Notes: generated by a model from the sequence alone, not told the origin. A stretch of DNA of 64,000 bases from Verrucomicrobiia bacterium (GCA_030038175.1 JASHPN010000234.1:5168-69167); one strand, 5' to 3'. Counted from the first letter of the stretch, positions 41,841 to 51,718 are shown. Numbers and translations: made by a program.

Positions 41841-44279
41841 CTACTCCACACATGGCCGCGGCTCGCACGATTGTGCCTGAATATAAATCGTCGCAGGCTT
41901 CAAACCGTCTGCCGTCGCTTTCAAGACAATCTCCCCGGGGATCTTCGACGATTGCACGATAATTTGCGCCAGGCCGTTGAACACGCTGCGCTGCCAGCCT
42001 GATTGCGTCGGATATTGGTCCGGTTCGTGGCAGCTCGGGTCGCCATTGCCGACCCCGATGATTTTTCCGGGCCCCTGGATTTCAAAATGAACCAGGTTCG
42101 ATGCCGTGGGTACCACGCGCCCTGGTTCATCACGGACCGAAACCGTAATAATGCTCAAATCTTCGCCATCGGCCGCGATGGTATTGCGGTCCGGTTTAAG
42201 GTCCACAAAATCCGGGGCGCCGGTGGTTTCCACTTCCGTGCTGGAAACAACGGTGCCCGCTTCGTCATAACCCTTGGCGCTCAGCGTTCCGGGCGAGTAG
42301 GGGACCTGCCATTCGAGATGCAGGTTGCGCGGCATGGCTTTTCGGCCGAGGCTTTGGCCGTTTAAAAATAATTCCACCTGCGCGCAGTTCGCGTAGCACC
42401 ATACGTCAATATTTTGGCCCTCTTTGCCGGGCCAATTCCAGTGCGGCAGCAGATGCAGCACCGGTTTGTCCGTCCAGGACGCCTGGTAATACCAAAAGTT
42501 GTCCTTCGGAAAACCGCAGGTGTCGAGAATGCCGAAATGCGAATTGATGCACGGCCACTTGTAGGGCGTGGGCTCGCCGCGATAATCAAAACCCGTCCAA
42601 TAAAATCCGCCCGAAAGCCATGGGCGGTCCGCGAAGTAGCTCCACCACCGTTCCGAGGTGTCCGCCCAATGCGGAAAATTGGAGTCATAGGCGCTCACGT
42701 ATCCCCGCGCCTTGTCGTTCACATAAATGCCGCGCGTCCCCACGGTGCTGCCTTGTTCGGTGCCGATTTCAGGTTGTTGCGGATGTTCATGGTGATAATT
42801 GTCCATGTCCTGGCCTATGTGATAATTCCAGCCGCGCACTTCCAGTGTGCTCATTAAACCGGAATAAACATCACCGACGCTTTCCGCGGCGGTCACCTCG
42901 CGAGTCGGGTCCAGTCGGTTCACAAAATTCTGCATGGTCGCGCCCACGCGCCCGCCGTCCGGATCGCTCTGGCGCGATTCCTCGTTGCAGATGCTCCAGA
43001 TAAAGACGCTGGGATGGTTGCGGTCGCGCAAAATTTCCTGTTTGAACAGGGCCAGGTTCGCGGGATCGCTGCCGAGCAGGCGATTTTCATCCATGACCAG
43101 CATTCCCAGCCGGTCGCAGGCGTCCAGCAATTCCGCGGTTGGTTCATTGTGCGAGGTGCGATACGCGTTGCAGCCCATTTCTTTGAGTTTTGCGATCCGA
43201 AAATATTGCAATCGGTCGGGCAAGGCCGATCCGACGCCCGCGTGGTCCTGGTGATTGCACGTGCCCTTGATCTCGTAATGCTTGCCGTTCAGCAGAAATC
43301 CCTTGTCCGGGTCAAACGCAATGGTGCGAACCCCGAACGGCGTTTCCTCCCGGTCCAGCGTTTGTCCGCCGCTTTCCACGGTCGTGACGAGTTTGTAGAG
43401 CGCCGGCGATTCCGGCGACCACAACTCCGGTTTGGAAATGCGGGTCAGGTCGGCAACTTCACAGTCGGAATTGCCGCCGAGTACGGCGGTTTTATGGACC
43501 TCGGCCACTTCCTGTCCTTCGGGCGAAAAGATCTCCCATTTGACCGTTGCCGTCGCTGCATTGGTCTCTGTGTTGAGCAATTCTGCCTGGACATGAATTT
43601 CCGGGCGGCCTTTGGGAACATTGTTTTTGAAATGGCTCCAAACAAAAATTCCATCCGGCGCGATGGCCAGCGGGGCGGTCTTGATAAGCCACACGTGGCG
43701 ATAAATGCCCGCGCCCTGGTAAAACCACCCTTCAAATTTTGAAGCATCCACCCGCACCGCCACCACATTGTGGCCGCCGCAGTTCGCCACATCCGTGATG
43801 TCATAGCGAAAGCCATTGTAACCGCCCTCGTGATGTCCGACGCGCCAGCCGTTGACAAAAACATTCGCGTCGCGAAACACGCCGTCGAATTGGATCCAAA
43901 TCCGTTTGCCGGCGTCCTCGGCCGGCAAATCAAAGGTGCGGCGATACCACGCGATGCTATTGGACGGAAAACCCGGGCCCACCGGCTTGTAACCCTGATT
44001 GTAACTGGCCGTGCGGTCAAACGGCAATGTCACCACCCAATCATGCGGCAAATTGATGGTTTGCCATTGGCTATCGTCAAATCGGCGCCCGGCCGGTCCT
44101 TTGCTGGCGCCGGCTTTTTCAAGATTTTCCGCGTCCGGCCAATCATCACCCAAATGAAATTTCCAGCCGAAATCAAACAGCAGCGTTTCCCGTGGCGCCG
44201 GCCCGGCAGCCCGGGCGTTCGAGGACAAAATGACAAACGCCGCGGCGCTTAGAAAAAAGAAATAAATCCCGGTTTTCAT
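41841..44279 (-). CDS. Glycoside hydrolase family 2 (second copy)
   Basis: From ATG 44279 the protein begins MKTGIYFFFLSAAAFVILSSNARA (signal peptide). Motifs WQTINLPHDWVV, IQFDGVFRDANVFVNG and NHPSVFIWSICNEE are present. Confidence 0.9.
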   Translation of the reverse strand: MKTGIYFFFLSAAAFVILSSNARAAGPAPRETLLFDFGWKFHLGDDWPDAENLEKAGASKGPAGRRFDDSQWQTINLPHDWVVTLPFDRTASYNQGYKPVGPGFPSNSIAWYRRTFDLPAEDAGKRIWIQFDGVFRDANVFVNGWRVGHHEGGYNGFRYDITDVANCGGHNVVAVRVDASKFEGWFYQGAGIYRHVWLIKTAPLAIAPDGIFVWSHFKNNVPKGRPEIHVQAELLNTETNAATATVKWEIFSPEGQEVAEVHKTAVLGGNSDCEVADLTRISKPELWSPESPALYKLVTTVESGGQTLDREETPFGVRTIAFDPDKGFLLNGKHYEIKGTCNHQDHAGVGSALPDRLQYFRIAKLKEMGCNAYRTSHNEPTAELLDACDRLGMLVMDENRLLGSDPANLALFKQEILRDRNHPSVFIWSICNEESRQSDPDGGRVGATMQNFVNRLDPTREVTAAESVGDVYSGLMSTLEVRGWNYHIGQDMDNYHHEHPQQPEIGTEQGSTVGTRGIYVNDKARGYVSAYDSNFPHWADTSERWWSYFADRPWLSGGFYWTGFDYRGEPTPYKWPCINSHFGILDTCGFPKDNFWYYQASWTDKPVLHLLPHWNWPGKEGQNIDVWCYANCAQVELFLNGQSLGRKAMPRNLHLEWQVPYSPGTLSAKGYDEAGTVVSSTEVETTGAPDFVDLKPDRNTIAADGEDLSIITVSVRDEPGRVVPTASNLVHFEIQGPGKIIGVGNGDPSCHEPDQYPTQSGWQRSVFNGLAQIIVQSSKIPGEIVLKATADGLKPATIYIQAQSCEPRPCVE

Positions 44280-44448
44280 AGCCGGAAGTCTGAAAAACCC
44301 CGCCGCCCTGCGCAATGACAAATTCACGCTCCGTTTCCCTGGCGCCGGCGTATCCGGCCATAGGCCGCCTTCTGTCCCTTACGTCCCTTGCGTCCTTTTC
44401 TCTGTACCTCTGTGCCTATGTTGGCCAACCCGCCCCCAAAATTGCCGC

Positions 44449-45273
44449 ATGACGAAACCGCCGGATTTTGATACGCTCCAGGCAATGATTGAGACGCGCG
44501 ATTTGCGAAAGAAATTCAAAAGCCAGATCGTCCTGGATGGCGTGAATATTCGAATCGAAGATGGCGAATCCGTTGCGATTGTCGGGCGCAGCGGCGGCGG
44601 CAAAAGTGTGCTCCTCAAACATCTCATCGGCCTGATGATGCCCGATTCGGGCGATGTGCTCATTGATGGTGAAAACATTGTGGGAATGAACGAAAGGCAG
44701 TTGCTTCGGGTGCGCCGCAAATTTGGAATGCTGTTCCAGGGGTCAGCGCTGTTCGATTCAATGTCGGTGGCCGAAAACGTGGCCTTCGGCCTGCGCCGTC
44801 ACGAGGGCTTGACGGAAGCCGAAATCGCAAAGAAAGTCGCTTATGCGCTGGAAGTGGTGGATCTGCCCGGCATTCAAAATAAACAGCCCGCGGAATTGTC
44901 CGGCGGTATGAAAAAACGCGTCGGCCTCGCCCGGGCGATTGTCTATGAGCCCCAAATCGTCCTGTACGACGAGCCGACCACCGGCCTGGATCCCATCGTA
45001 TCGGACAGCATTGACGAATTGATGATGGCCGTGCGCGACCGCTTGAAGGTGACGTCCGTCGTCGTCACCCACGACATGCGCACCGCGCGGCGCCTGGGCC
45101 AGCATGTGATCATGTTGCACCGGGGGAAGATTTACGCGAACGGACCGCCCGACGAGATTTTCAATTCGAAAGACCCGATCATCCGCCAATTCGTGGATGG
45201 CATTGCCGACCCGAAGGAAAATCTTGTGATTCAGGCCCAACATCCGCCCGCTGTTTCCCGCAAACTCGAATAA
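44449..45273 (+). CDS. ABC transporter ATP-binding protein, MlaF/Ttg2A-like
   Basis: Walker A GRSGGGKS, signature LSGGMKKRVGLARA and Walker B IVLYDEPTTGLD. The MlaF-like N-terminus reads IETRDLRKKFKSQIVLDGV. Confidence 0.85.
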   Translation: MTKPPDFDTLQAMIETRDLRKKFKSQIVLDGVNIRIEDGESVAIVGRSGGGKSVLLKHLIGLMMPDSGDVLIDGENIVGMNERQLLRVRRKFGMLFQGSALFDSMSVAENVAFGLRRHEGLTEAEIAKKVAYALEVVDLPGIQNKQPAELSGGMKKRVGLARAIVYEPQIVLYDEPTTGLDPIVSDSIDELMMAVRDRLKVTSVVVTHDMRTARRLGQHVIMLHRGKIYANGPPDEIFNSKDPIIRQFVDGIADPKENLVIQAQHPPAVSRKLE

Positions 45274-45340
45274 AAATTGTCTCGCAATTTCCAGTAAGAA
45301 GGTTAATAATTCATCGCAGTTATCAAAAAGCGGCCACTGA

Positions 45341-45964
45341 ATGGAATGGAATGAACACATGCAGTTGGCAAATTCGCTTCGGGCAATGGCCTGCGCGTTT
45401 GCCGCATATCTTATCGGCTGCTTCACCACCGGTTACTATCTCATGCGCCTGCGTACCGGGCAGGACATTCGCGAAATGGGAAGTGGCAGCGCCGGGGCGC
45501 GAAACGTCGGGCGTTTTCTTGGCAAATCCGCTTTTTTCCTTACCGTTCTGGGCGATTTCGCCAAGGGCGCCCTGGCCGTCTGGCTCGCGCGCGAGTATTT
45601 CAATGCTGGCTTCTCCGCCGCCTTGGCTGTCCCCGCCGTCGTCGCCGGGCACCTCTGGCCGGCGCAACTGAGATTCCACGGGGGCAAAGGCATTGCCACC
45701 TCCCTCGGGGCATTGCTCGTCTTTGACTTTCACCTGGCCTTTACCATCGCCGCCCTGTTTGCCGTCCTTTTTATTTTTGCCCGCAAAACGCTTTTGCCCG
45801 CCATGTTCGCCTTTGTTTGTCTCCCCGCCGTCTGCTGGTTTTTTGCCCAAAGCAATTTTACCATTGGCGCCATGACGGTATTGGCCGCGGCGATTTTGTT
45901 TGCGCACCGGCGGAATTTAGGGGAAGAATTGAGTGCGCTGAAATCTGAGCCGCCAAAGTTATGA
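45341..45964 (+). CDS. plsY: Glycerol-3-phosphate acyltransferase PlsY
   Basis: Motifs AAYLIGCFTTGY, GSGSAGARNVGR and FHGGKGIATSLG. About 200 aa, polytopic. Confidence 0.9.
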   Translation: MEWNEHMQLANSLRAMACAFAAYLIGCFTTGYYLMRLRTGQDIREMGSGSAGARNVGRFLGKSAFFLTVLGDFAKGALAVWLAREYFNAGFSAALAVPAVVAGHLWPAQLRFHGGKGIATSLGALLVFDFHLAFTIAALFAVLFIFARKTLLPAMFAFVCLPAVCWFFAQSNFTIGAMTVLAAAILFAHRRNLGEELSALKSEPPKL

Positions 45965-47613
45965 ACCAGGAACCATTGACGTTCAAAGTTGCGACCGACG
46001 ACTGGGAATTTGAGCAAATTCACCGCCTCAATTACAAAACGTTCGTCGAAGAAATCCCGCAGCACCAGCCTTCGGCTTCGCAGCGGCTGGTGGACAAGTT
46101 TCACCCCGAGAACACCTACCTCATCAGTCTGCAAAATCAAAAACTCGTCGGCATGCTTGCGGTCCGGGGCAACCGCCCCTTTTCTCTCGATCAAAAATTG
46201 CCGGAACTGGATTCCTACCTCCCGCCGGGCCGGATCATTTGTGAGATTCGTCTGCTGGCCATCGAGAAAAAATTTCGCGGAGCGCGCGGCGGCCAGGTCT
46301 TGCAGGGCATCCTGGCCTTGCTCTGGCAGCACGGCGTTGAAAAAAATTATGGTCTGGCGATCATTTCGGGAACGACCCGCCAGGCCAAATTGTACCAACA
46401 TCTTGGTTTCGTTCCTTTTGGGCCGCTGGTCGGAACCGGGGATGCGCAATTCCAGCCCATGTATGTGACGCTCGAAACGTTTGAAGTGACCGCGCGGGAA
46501 TTTTTGCGTTCCTCGCCGGCGCGTTCGTTTCATCCCAACGCCGTCAATTTTTTGCCCGGACCCGTCACCGTCCGACGAGAAGTTCGCCGGGCTTTTGAAC
46601 AGGCGCCCGAGTCGCACCGGGGCGAAAGTTTTAAGAGAGATTTTCAGTCCGCCAAACAGGTTCTCTGCGACCTGGTTCGCGCCAAAAACATGGAGCTCTT
46701 CATGGGCTCGGGCACCCTGGCCAATGACATTGTGGCCGCGCAATTGTCATTGCTCGGCGGACGGGGCCTGATTTTGAGCAACGGCGAATTTGGCGAACGC
46801 TTGATTGACCATGCCCGGCGAATGAACCTGGATTTTGAGACGTTGCAATCGGAATGGGGCGAGCCGGTGGACGTCTCCGCGGTTTTGGAAAAGTTTCGCG
46901 CGCGTGGAAAACCGTCTTATGCCTGGCTCTGGTGCGCGCATTGTGAAACCTCCAGCGGGCTTTTGGTCGAACTGGATTCGTTGAAACAGTTGTGTGCCGA
47001 AACCCAGTGCCGGTTGTGCCTGGACTGCATCAGCACGGCGGGCACAGTGCCGGTGGATTTGACCGGCGTTTATCTGGCCTCATGCTCCAGCGGCAAAGGA
47101 CTGCGCGCCTACCCGGGGCTTTCGATGATTTTTTATCACCATCCCACCGCGTCCGCGGGAAGGTTGCCCCGTTATTTGGACCTGGATTATTATGCCCGCC
47201 AGGAGGGAATCCCCTTTACCTTTTCCTCGAACTTGCTCCATGCGTTGCGCGCCGCCGTCCGGCATGTGAACTGGGAAAAACGATTTGCCGAAACGGCGGC
47301 CATGTCCGCGTGGCTGCGCGAGCGCCTCGTTGAATCCGGCTTTCATCTGGTTGGCAATGGCGCGGCGGTTTCGCCCGCGGTCATTACCATTCAACTTCCG
47401 CCCGAATTGGACTCGGCCAAAACCGGCGCCGCCATGCAGGAAGCAGGCTATCTTTTAAGCTGCAATAGCGAGTACCTGCGGCGCAAGAACTGGATGCAAA
47501 TCTGTTTGATGGGCGAATGCACCCGCGAAAAAGTCGTCGCCCTGACCAACGCCTTGAACCGCGTCTGCTTTAAGCGGCGCGCCGACCAGCGTCCTCAGGC
47601 CGAAATGGCTTGA
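45961..47613 (+). CDS. Fusion protein: N-terminal GNAT/N-acyltransferase-like domain + C-terminal class V (AGT/PhnW-like) PLP aminotransferase
   Basis: The N-terminal ~175 aa (IHRLNYKTFVEEIPQH...IRLLAIEKKFRG...LYQHLGFVPFG) look GNAT-like. The C-terminal region (NFLPGPVTVRREV...FMGSGTLANDIV...SSGKGL) looks like a class V aminotransferase. The ATG overlaps the plsY stop (ATGA). Confidence 0.65.
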   Translation: MNQEPLTFKVATDDWEFEQIHRLNYKTFVEEIPQHQPSASQRLVDKFHPENTYLISLQNQKLVGMLAVRGNRPFSLDQKLPELDSYLPPGRIICEIRLLAIEKKFRGARGGQVLQGILALLWQHGVEKNYGLAIISGTTRQAKLYQHLGFVPFGPLVGTGDAQFQPMYVTLETFEVTAREFLRSSPARSFHPNAVNFLPGPVTVRREVRRAFEQAPESHRGESFKRDFQSAKQVLCDLVRAKNMELFMGSGTLANDIVAAQLSLLGGRGLILSNGEFGERLIDHARRMNLDFETLQSEWGEPVDVSAVLEKFRARGKPSYAWLWCAHCETSSGLLVELDSLKQLCAETQCRLCLDCISTAGTVPVDLTGVYLASCSSGKGLRAYPGLSMIFYHHPTASAGRLPRYLDLDYYARQEGIPFTFSSNLLHALRAAVRHVNWEKRFAETAAMSAWLRERLVESGFHLVGNGAAVSPAVITIQLPPELDSAKTGAAMQEAGYLLSCNSEYLRRKNWMQICLMGECTREKVVALTNALNRVCFKRRADQRPQAEMA

Positions 47614-47656
47614 TTCCCGGATTGACCCTTCGCGTCAAAATCGGTTTACTGGACGC

Positions 47657-48022
47657 ATGAAATCGTGTTTGTCTCTCTATGCTTTGCTGGCCGGTGTGAT
47701 TGTTTCAGGCTGTGCCCATCACCGTTCGCAGGTTCCGAAATCCGGCCCCGGACAGACTTCTTCCGTTTCCGCGCCCCAGCCGATTATCACGCCCGATACG
47801 TCGCTCTCGGCCAAAGTCGTGCGGTATAATCCCCCGGGCCGTTTTGTCGTGTTGAGTTTTCCCGTCGGCCAAATGCCTCAAACCGGCCAGACGCTGTTTC
47901 TGTATCGTGCCGGCATGAAAGTCGGGGAAGTAAGAATCACGGGACCCCAACGTGACAACGATACCGTGGCGGATTTAACCGCCGGAGAAGCGCAGCCAGG
48001 GGACGACGTTCGCGAGCAGTAA
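47657..48022 (+). CDS. Small putative lipoprotein
   Basis: MKSCLSLYALLAGVIVSGCAHH has a lipobox VSGC. 121 aa with no recognised domain. Confidence 0.5.
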   Translation: MKSCLSLYALLAGVIVSGCAHHRSQVPKSGPGQTSSVSAPQPIITPDTSLSAKVVRYNPPGRFVVLSFPVGQMPQTGQTLFLYRAGMKVGEVRITGPQRDNDTVADLTAGEAQPGDDVREQ

Positions 48023-48030
48023 GGCCCAAC

Positions 48031-48366
48031 TCAGTTCTTAACCTTAAACTCGTTGACCGTCTTGGGCAGCGCGTTCTTTTGGTACGGCGAATGGAGGTTA
48101 AAATAGATGCCGCACATTGGCCGCTCCTCATCGCTTTGGCTGAGAATGATCGTGACGAATTTGTCGAGCGCAATGCCGTGCCGCATGCCCGGCCCGCGAT
48201 TTTCGTACGCCGCGATGGCCTTCTTCGTCAGCGATTGCAGAGAAACCTCAAAATCCTGGGGCGTTTTTTCCACGCAAATGACATATTTGTCGTATGCCTT
48301 CACCGCTGCCGCAATTTCCCGTTTGAATGTCTCAATCGTCACACTCCAATAGTAAAAATAAGTCAA
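48031..48366 (-). CDS. Hypothetical protein (start uncertain)
   Basis: The track ORF 48031..48489 would overlap yggS by 83 nt. In-frame TTG (48366) or GTG (48342) starts avoid the overlap. No motif recognised. The protein ends ...HSPYQKNALPKTVNEFKVKN. Confidence 0.35.
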   Translation of the reverse strand: MTYFYYWSVTIETFKREIAAAVKAYDKYVICVEKTPQDFEVSLQSLTKKAIAAYENRGPGMRHGIALDKFVTIILSQSDEERPMCGIYFNLHSPYQKNALPKTVNEFKVKN

Positions 48367-48406
48367 AGAAAAGAAAACATCTTTTTTTGCTTCTTTAAAC
48401 CGCCGG

Positions 48407-49099
48407 TCAAACGGGCCGGGCCTTGCGGGGGCCGAACAAAGCAGTCCCAATCCGGACGATCGTCGCTCCTTCTTGGATCGCAATTTCAAAATCTCCGCTC
48501 ATTCCCATGCTCAAATGGGGCAGGGGAGTTTGCAGAACGTCTTCGCATTGCGATTTTAATTCCCGCAATCGCCGGAAAAATAGGCGCGACTTTTCCGGAT
48601 CTGCCGCAAAGGGCGGAATGGTCATGAGTCCCTGGACAGACAGTCGCGGTAACGAAGCCAGTTCCCTCAGCTCTGACCGCAGCAACTCCGGCTGATAGCC
48701 AAATTTGCTCGACTCACCCGCCGCGTTCACTTCCAAAAGGACCGGCATTGATTTGGCCGCCTGGTCGCACCGCTTTGAAAGTTCCCGCGCCAGGCTCAGG
48801 CTGTCCACGCTTTGGATCATTTCAAACAGTTCCACGGCTTCGCGCGCTTTGTTGGATTGCAGATGGCCGATGAAATGCCAGCGCGCCTTGCCTGGAGCAG
48901 AGGGAATTTTTGCCTTCGCTTCCTGCACTTTGTTCTCGCCGAAAAAAATCTGTCCGATCTGCACAGCTTGTCCAATGGCCTCCGGCGGCTGGGTTTTGGA
49001 GACGGCCAGGAGCATGATTGATTGGGCATCGCGTCCGGCGCGGGCGCACGCGGCGTGAATCCGTTGTTGAATTGAGGCGAGATTATCGGCAAAACTCAT
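48407..49099 (-). CDS. yggS: YggS-family pyridoxal-phosphate homeostasis protein
   Basis: Motifs LLAVSKTQPPEAI, FGENKVQEA and HFIGHLQSNK. 230 aa. Confidence 0.9.
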   Translation of the reverse strand: MSFADNLASIQQRIHAACARAGRDAQSIMLLAVSKTQPPEAIGQAVQIGQIFFGENKVQEAKAKIPSAPGKARWHFIGHLQSNKAREAVELFEMIQSVDSLSLARELSKRCDQAAKSMPVLLEVNAAGESSKFGYQPELLRSELRELASLPRLSVQGLMTIPPFAADPEKSRLFFRRLRELKSQCEDVLQTPLPHLSMGMSGDFEIAIQEGATIVRIGTALFGPRKARPV

Positions 49100-49133
49100 G
49101 GCGCCATCGTAAATGGCAAAGCCTAAATCGTAA

Positions 49134-49538
49134 ATGAACTACTGGATCGCCAAATCTGAACCGCAAGCCTATGGCTGGGCGCAATTTCTGAAGGACGGTC
49201 GAACCGCCTGGACCGGCGTGCGCAATTTCGCGGCGCGAAACCACCTGCGTGCCATGAAAAAAGGCGATTTCGTTCTCTTCTATCACAGTGGCGAGGAGAA
49301 ATCTGTCGTCGGCCTGGCCCGCGTGGAAAAAGAGCCTTATCCGGACCCAACTGCCACCGAGGGCGATTGGTCCTGCGTGGACCTGGTTCCGGTCAGGAGC
49401 CTGGCCAAACCCGTCACCCTCTCTCAGATGAAAGCCGACACAGTCCTGCGCGAAATGCCCCTGGTGAAGCAATCACGCCTGTCGGTGTCGCCACTTACAA
49501 AGGAACAATTCAAGAGGCTGATGGAATTGGTTTCCTAA
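49134..49538 (+). CDS. EVE (PUA-like) domain protein
   Basis: The sequence MNYWIAKSEPQAYGWAQFLKDGRTAWTGVRNFAARNHLRAMKKGDFVLFYHSGEEKSVVGLARV is a typical EVE/DUF55 sequence. Confidence 0.85.
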   Translation: MNYWIAKSEPQAYGWAQFLKDGRTAWTGVRNFAARNHLRAMKKGDFVLFYHSGEEKSVVGLARVEKEPYPDPTATEGDWSCVDLVPVRSLAKPVTLSQMKADTVLREMPLVKQSRLSVSPLTKEQFKRLMELVS

Positions 49539-49636
49539 TTTCTGTCACCGAAGCCCACTTTATTGCGTCTATAAGCAGCAGGCCCATATTCGCCGGACAA
49601 CTTTTATTCGCGCCCTGGGGTCCGTCATGATATTGT

Positions 49637-50503
49637 ATGCTGAGAATGGCTGAAACGGCAGATGATTTTAAGAACAATGAGGTTCAGGTGGGCCAGGAAC
49701 AGTTTGGCCGCTTTTATCTTCAGGAATTGCTCAATAGCGGAGGCATGGCTGAAATCTGGCTGGCGATTGACGGTCGCGGCAAGCCATACGCCGTTCGGAG
49801 GCTGAAAAAAGAGTTAAGATTCAATCTCCTTGCCCGGCGGCGCTTTTTGCGCGGCTGCGAGGTTTTGTCGAAATTGAACCAAAGCGATTATATCGTCGGC
49901 TATGTTGAGCATGGCAAGGCCGACGGCAGCCTCTATATGGCGATGGACTACGTGGAGGCGGCTAATTTGAAAGAATTGTTTGCCCGTCACGACCCTGTTC
50001 TGACCGAGAACGTTGCTCAAATCCTCATTGATATGGCTCTTGCGTTGGGCGACGTCCACGAAAGCGGCTACATACACCTTGATTTCAAGCCGGAAAATGT
50101 CCTGGTCACCCGCAATGGCAGCGTGCGGCTCATAGATTTTGACATGGCGCAACCCATCCCGGACAAGCCGAAAAAGTTCTCAAAAAACCCCGGCACGCCC
50201 GGTTATATGGCGCCCGAACAATTGCAACGGCGGCCCATTGATGCCCGTGTTGACATTTTTGCGTATGGCGTTTCCGCCTACGAACTTTTGACGAACCAAA
50301 AGCCGTTCCCCGGCGAAAACCCCGCTGAAATCCTTGCGCGCCAGCTCGATCCTGCGGGACCTCTGCCTCCGACCGGGCACAATCCGGACCTCCCGCTTGC
50401 GCTTGAAAAAGTCGTCCTCAAATGCATCGCCCGTGACCCCGACCACCGCTATCTCTTCACCAGCGTCCTGATCCACGATCTCCAAAACGCGCTCTACGTG
50501 TAG
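49637..50503 (+). CDS. Hanks-type serine/threonine protein kinase, catalytic domain only
   Basis: Catalytic loop HLDFKPENVLV, DFD for the DFG motif, and activation segment GTPGYMAPE. 288 aa with no TM or sensor domain. Confidence 0.9.
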   Translation: MLRMAETADDFKNNEVQVGQEQFGRFYLQELLNSGGMAEIWLAIDGRGKPYAVRRLKKELRFNLLARRRFLRGCEVLSKLNQSDYIVGYVEHGKADGSLYMAMDYVEAANLKELFARHDPVLTENVAQILIDMALALGDVHESGYIHLDFKPENVLVTRNGSVRLIDFDMAQPIPDKPKKFSKNPGTPGYMAPEQLQRRPIDARVDIFAYGVSAYELLTNQKPFPGENPAEILARQLDPAGPLPPTGHNPDLPLALEKVVLKCIARDPDHRYLFTSVLIHDLQNALYV

Positions 50504-50561
50504 TTTGCCAGTTCCCAGTTGCAAAAAGACCAGAATGGAGTAAGGGGTTCTTGGAGTGCTT

Positions 50562-51671
50562 ATGCGATGGTCTTTTCGCCTCATGACGGTGGCCGGCATC
50601 GGGTTATATATCCATGTCACGTTCTTTATTTTGCTGATTTGGATCGGGGCCATGTACTATTTGCCCCGCCACAGCGTGACCGACACGCTGGACGGCCTCG
50701 CCTTTGTCATCGCGCTTTTTATCATCATTGTTCTGCACGAACTTGGCCACGCCCTCACCGCGCGGCGTTTTGGCATTCGAACGCGGGACATTACCCTCCT
50801 GCCCATCGGCGGTGTGGCCCGGCTCGAACGAATGCCTGAAGATCCCCGCCAGGAACTCGCCGTCGCCCTTGCGGGTCCGGCGGTCAATATGGTGCTCGCT
50901 CTCATTTTCTTCGCGGCCCTTTTGCTCATGGCGCAGCCGCTTTTTCCCCTCGACCTGGGAGATCTTTCGGTCACGAGCGTTAACTTCCTGCGGCGCCTGA
51001 TGTGGGTGAATGTGATCCTCGCCGCCTTCAACATGTTGCCGGCATTCCCCATGGATGGCGGCCGCGTGTTGCGCGCCTTTTTAGCGATGAAAATGGATTA
51101 CGTTCACGCAACGCACGTTGCCGCGAACATCGGGCAGGTCATGGCGTTCATTTTTGGTTTTATCGGATTGTTCACCAATCCTTTCCTGGTATTCATCGCC
51201 CTGTTTGTCTGGATGGGCGCGCACGCCGAGTCCAGTCTGGTCCAAATGAAAGCCGGGCTGGGCGGCATCCCGGTCAGCCGAATCATGATCACAGATTTCA
51301 AGACATTAAAACCGGAGGACTCCCTGGCGAGTGTTGTGGATCACTTGTTGGCCGGCTATCAGCAGGACTTTCCCGTGGTGGACGGCGATGAGAAGGTTCT
51401 TGGCCTGCTGACCCGCACCGCGTTGGTGAATGGCCTGGCCAAAACGGGCCAGGCGACTCCGGTTGAGCAGATCATGGACACAAAATTCGTGGTCGCGCAT
51501 CCCTCCGAAATGGCCGAGGCCGCCTTCATCCGCTTGCAGCACTCCAATTGCCATTCCATGCCAGTCTTGCGCGATGGCAAACTCCTCGGCATGGTCACTA
51601 GCGAAAACGTCGGTGAATTCTTGATGATTCAAGCCGCCCTGCACGGCGAACCGCAGGCTCGCCCCATTTGA
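50562..51671 (+). CDS. M50 site-2 protease family metalloprotease with C-terminal CBS pair
   Basis: ATG 50562 is preceded by GGAG. The HELGHAL (HExxH) and NMLPAFPMDGG motifs are present, with TM segments and two CBS-like repeats at the C-terminus. Confidence 0.9.
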   Translation: MRWSFRLMTVAGIGLYIHVTFFILLIWIGAMYYLPRHSVTDTLDGLAFVIALFIIIVLHELGHALTARRFGIRTRDITLLPIGGVARLERMPEDPRQELAVALAGPAVNMVLALIFFAALLLMAQPLFPLDLGDLSVTSVNFLRRLMWVNVILAAFNMLPAFPMDGGRVLRAFLAMKMDYVHATHVAANIGQVMAFIFGFIGLFTNPFLVFIALFVWMGAHAESSLVQMKAGLGGIPVSRIMITDFKTLKPEDSLASVVDHLLAGYQQDFPVVDGDEKVLGLLTRTALVNGLAKTGQATPVEQIMDTKFVVAHPSEMAEAAFIRLQHSNCHSMPVLRDGKLLGMVTSENVGEFLMIQAALHGEPQARPI

Positions 51672-51718
51672 ATGGAAACATTGGACGCGCGTCAACGCCA
51701 TAAGTCATCGCTGCCGCG

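Noticed and set aside
48367-48489. Upstream part of ORF 48031..48489, which overlaps yggS by 83 nt
   Set aside because: The overlap with a well-supported gene and the Arg/Ser-rich, non-hydrophobic extension suggest the true start, if the gene is real, is an internal TTG or GTG. The gene itself is kept at low confidence.
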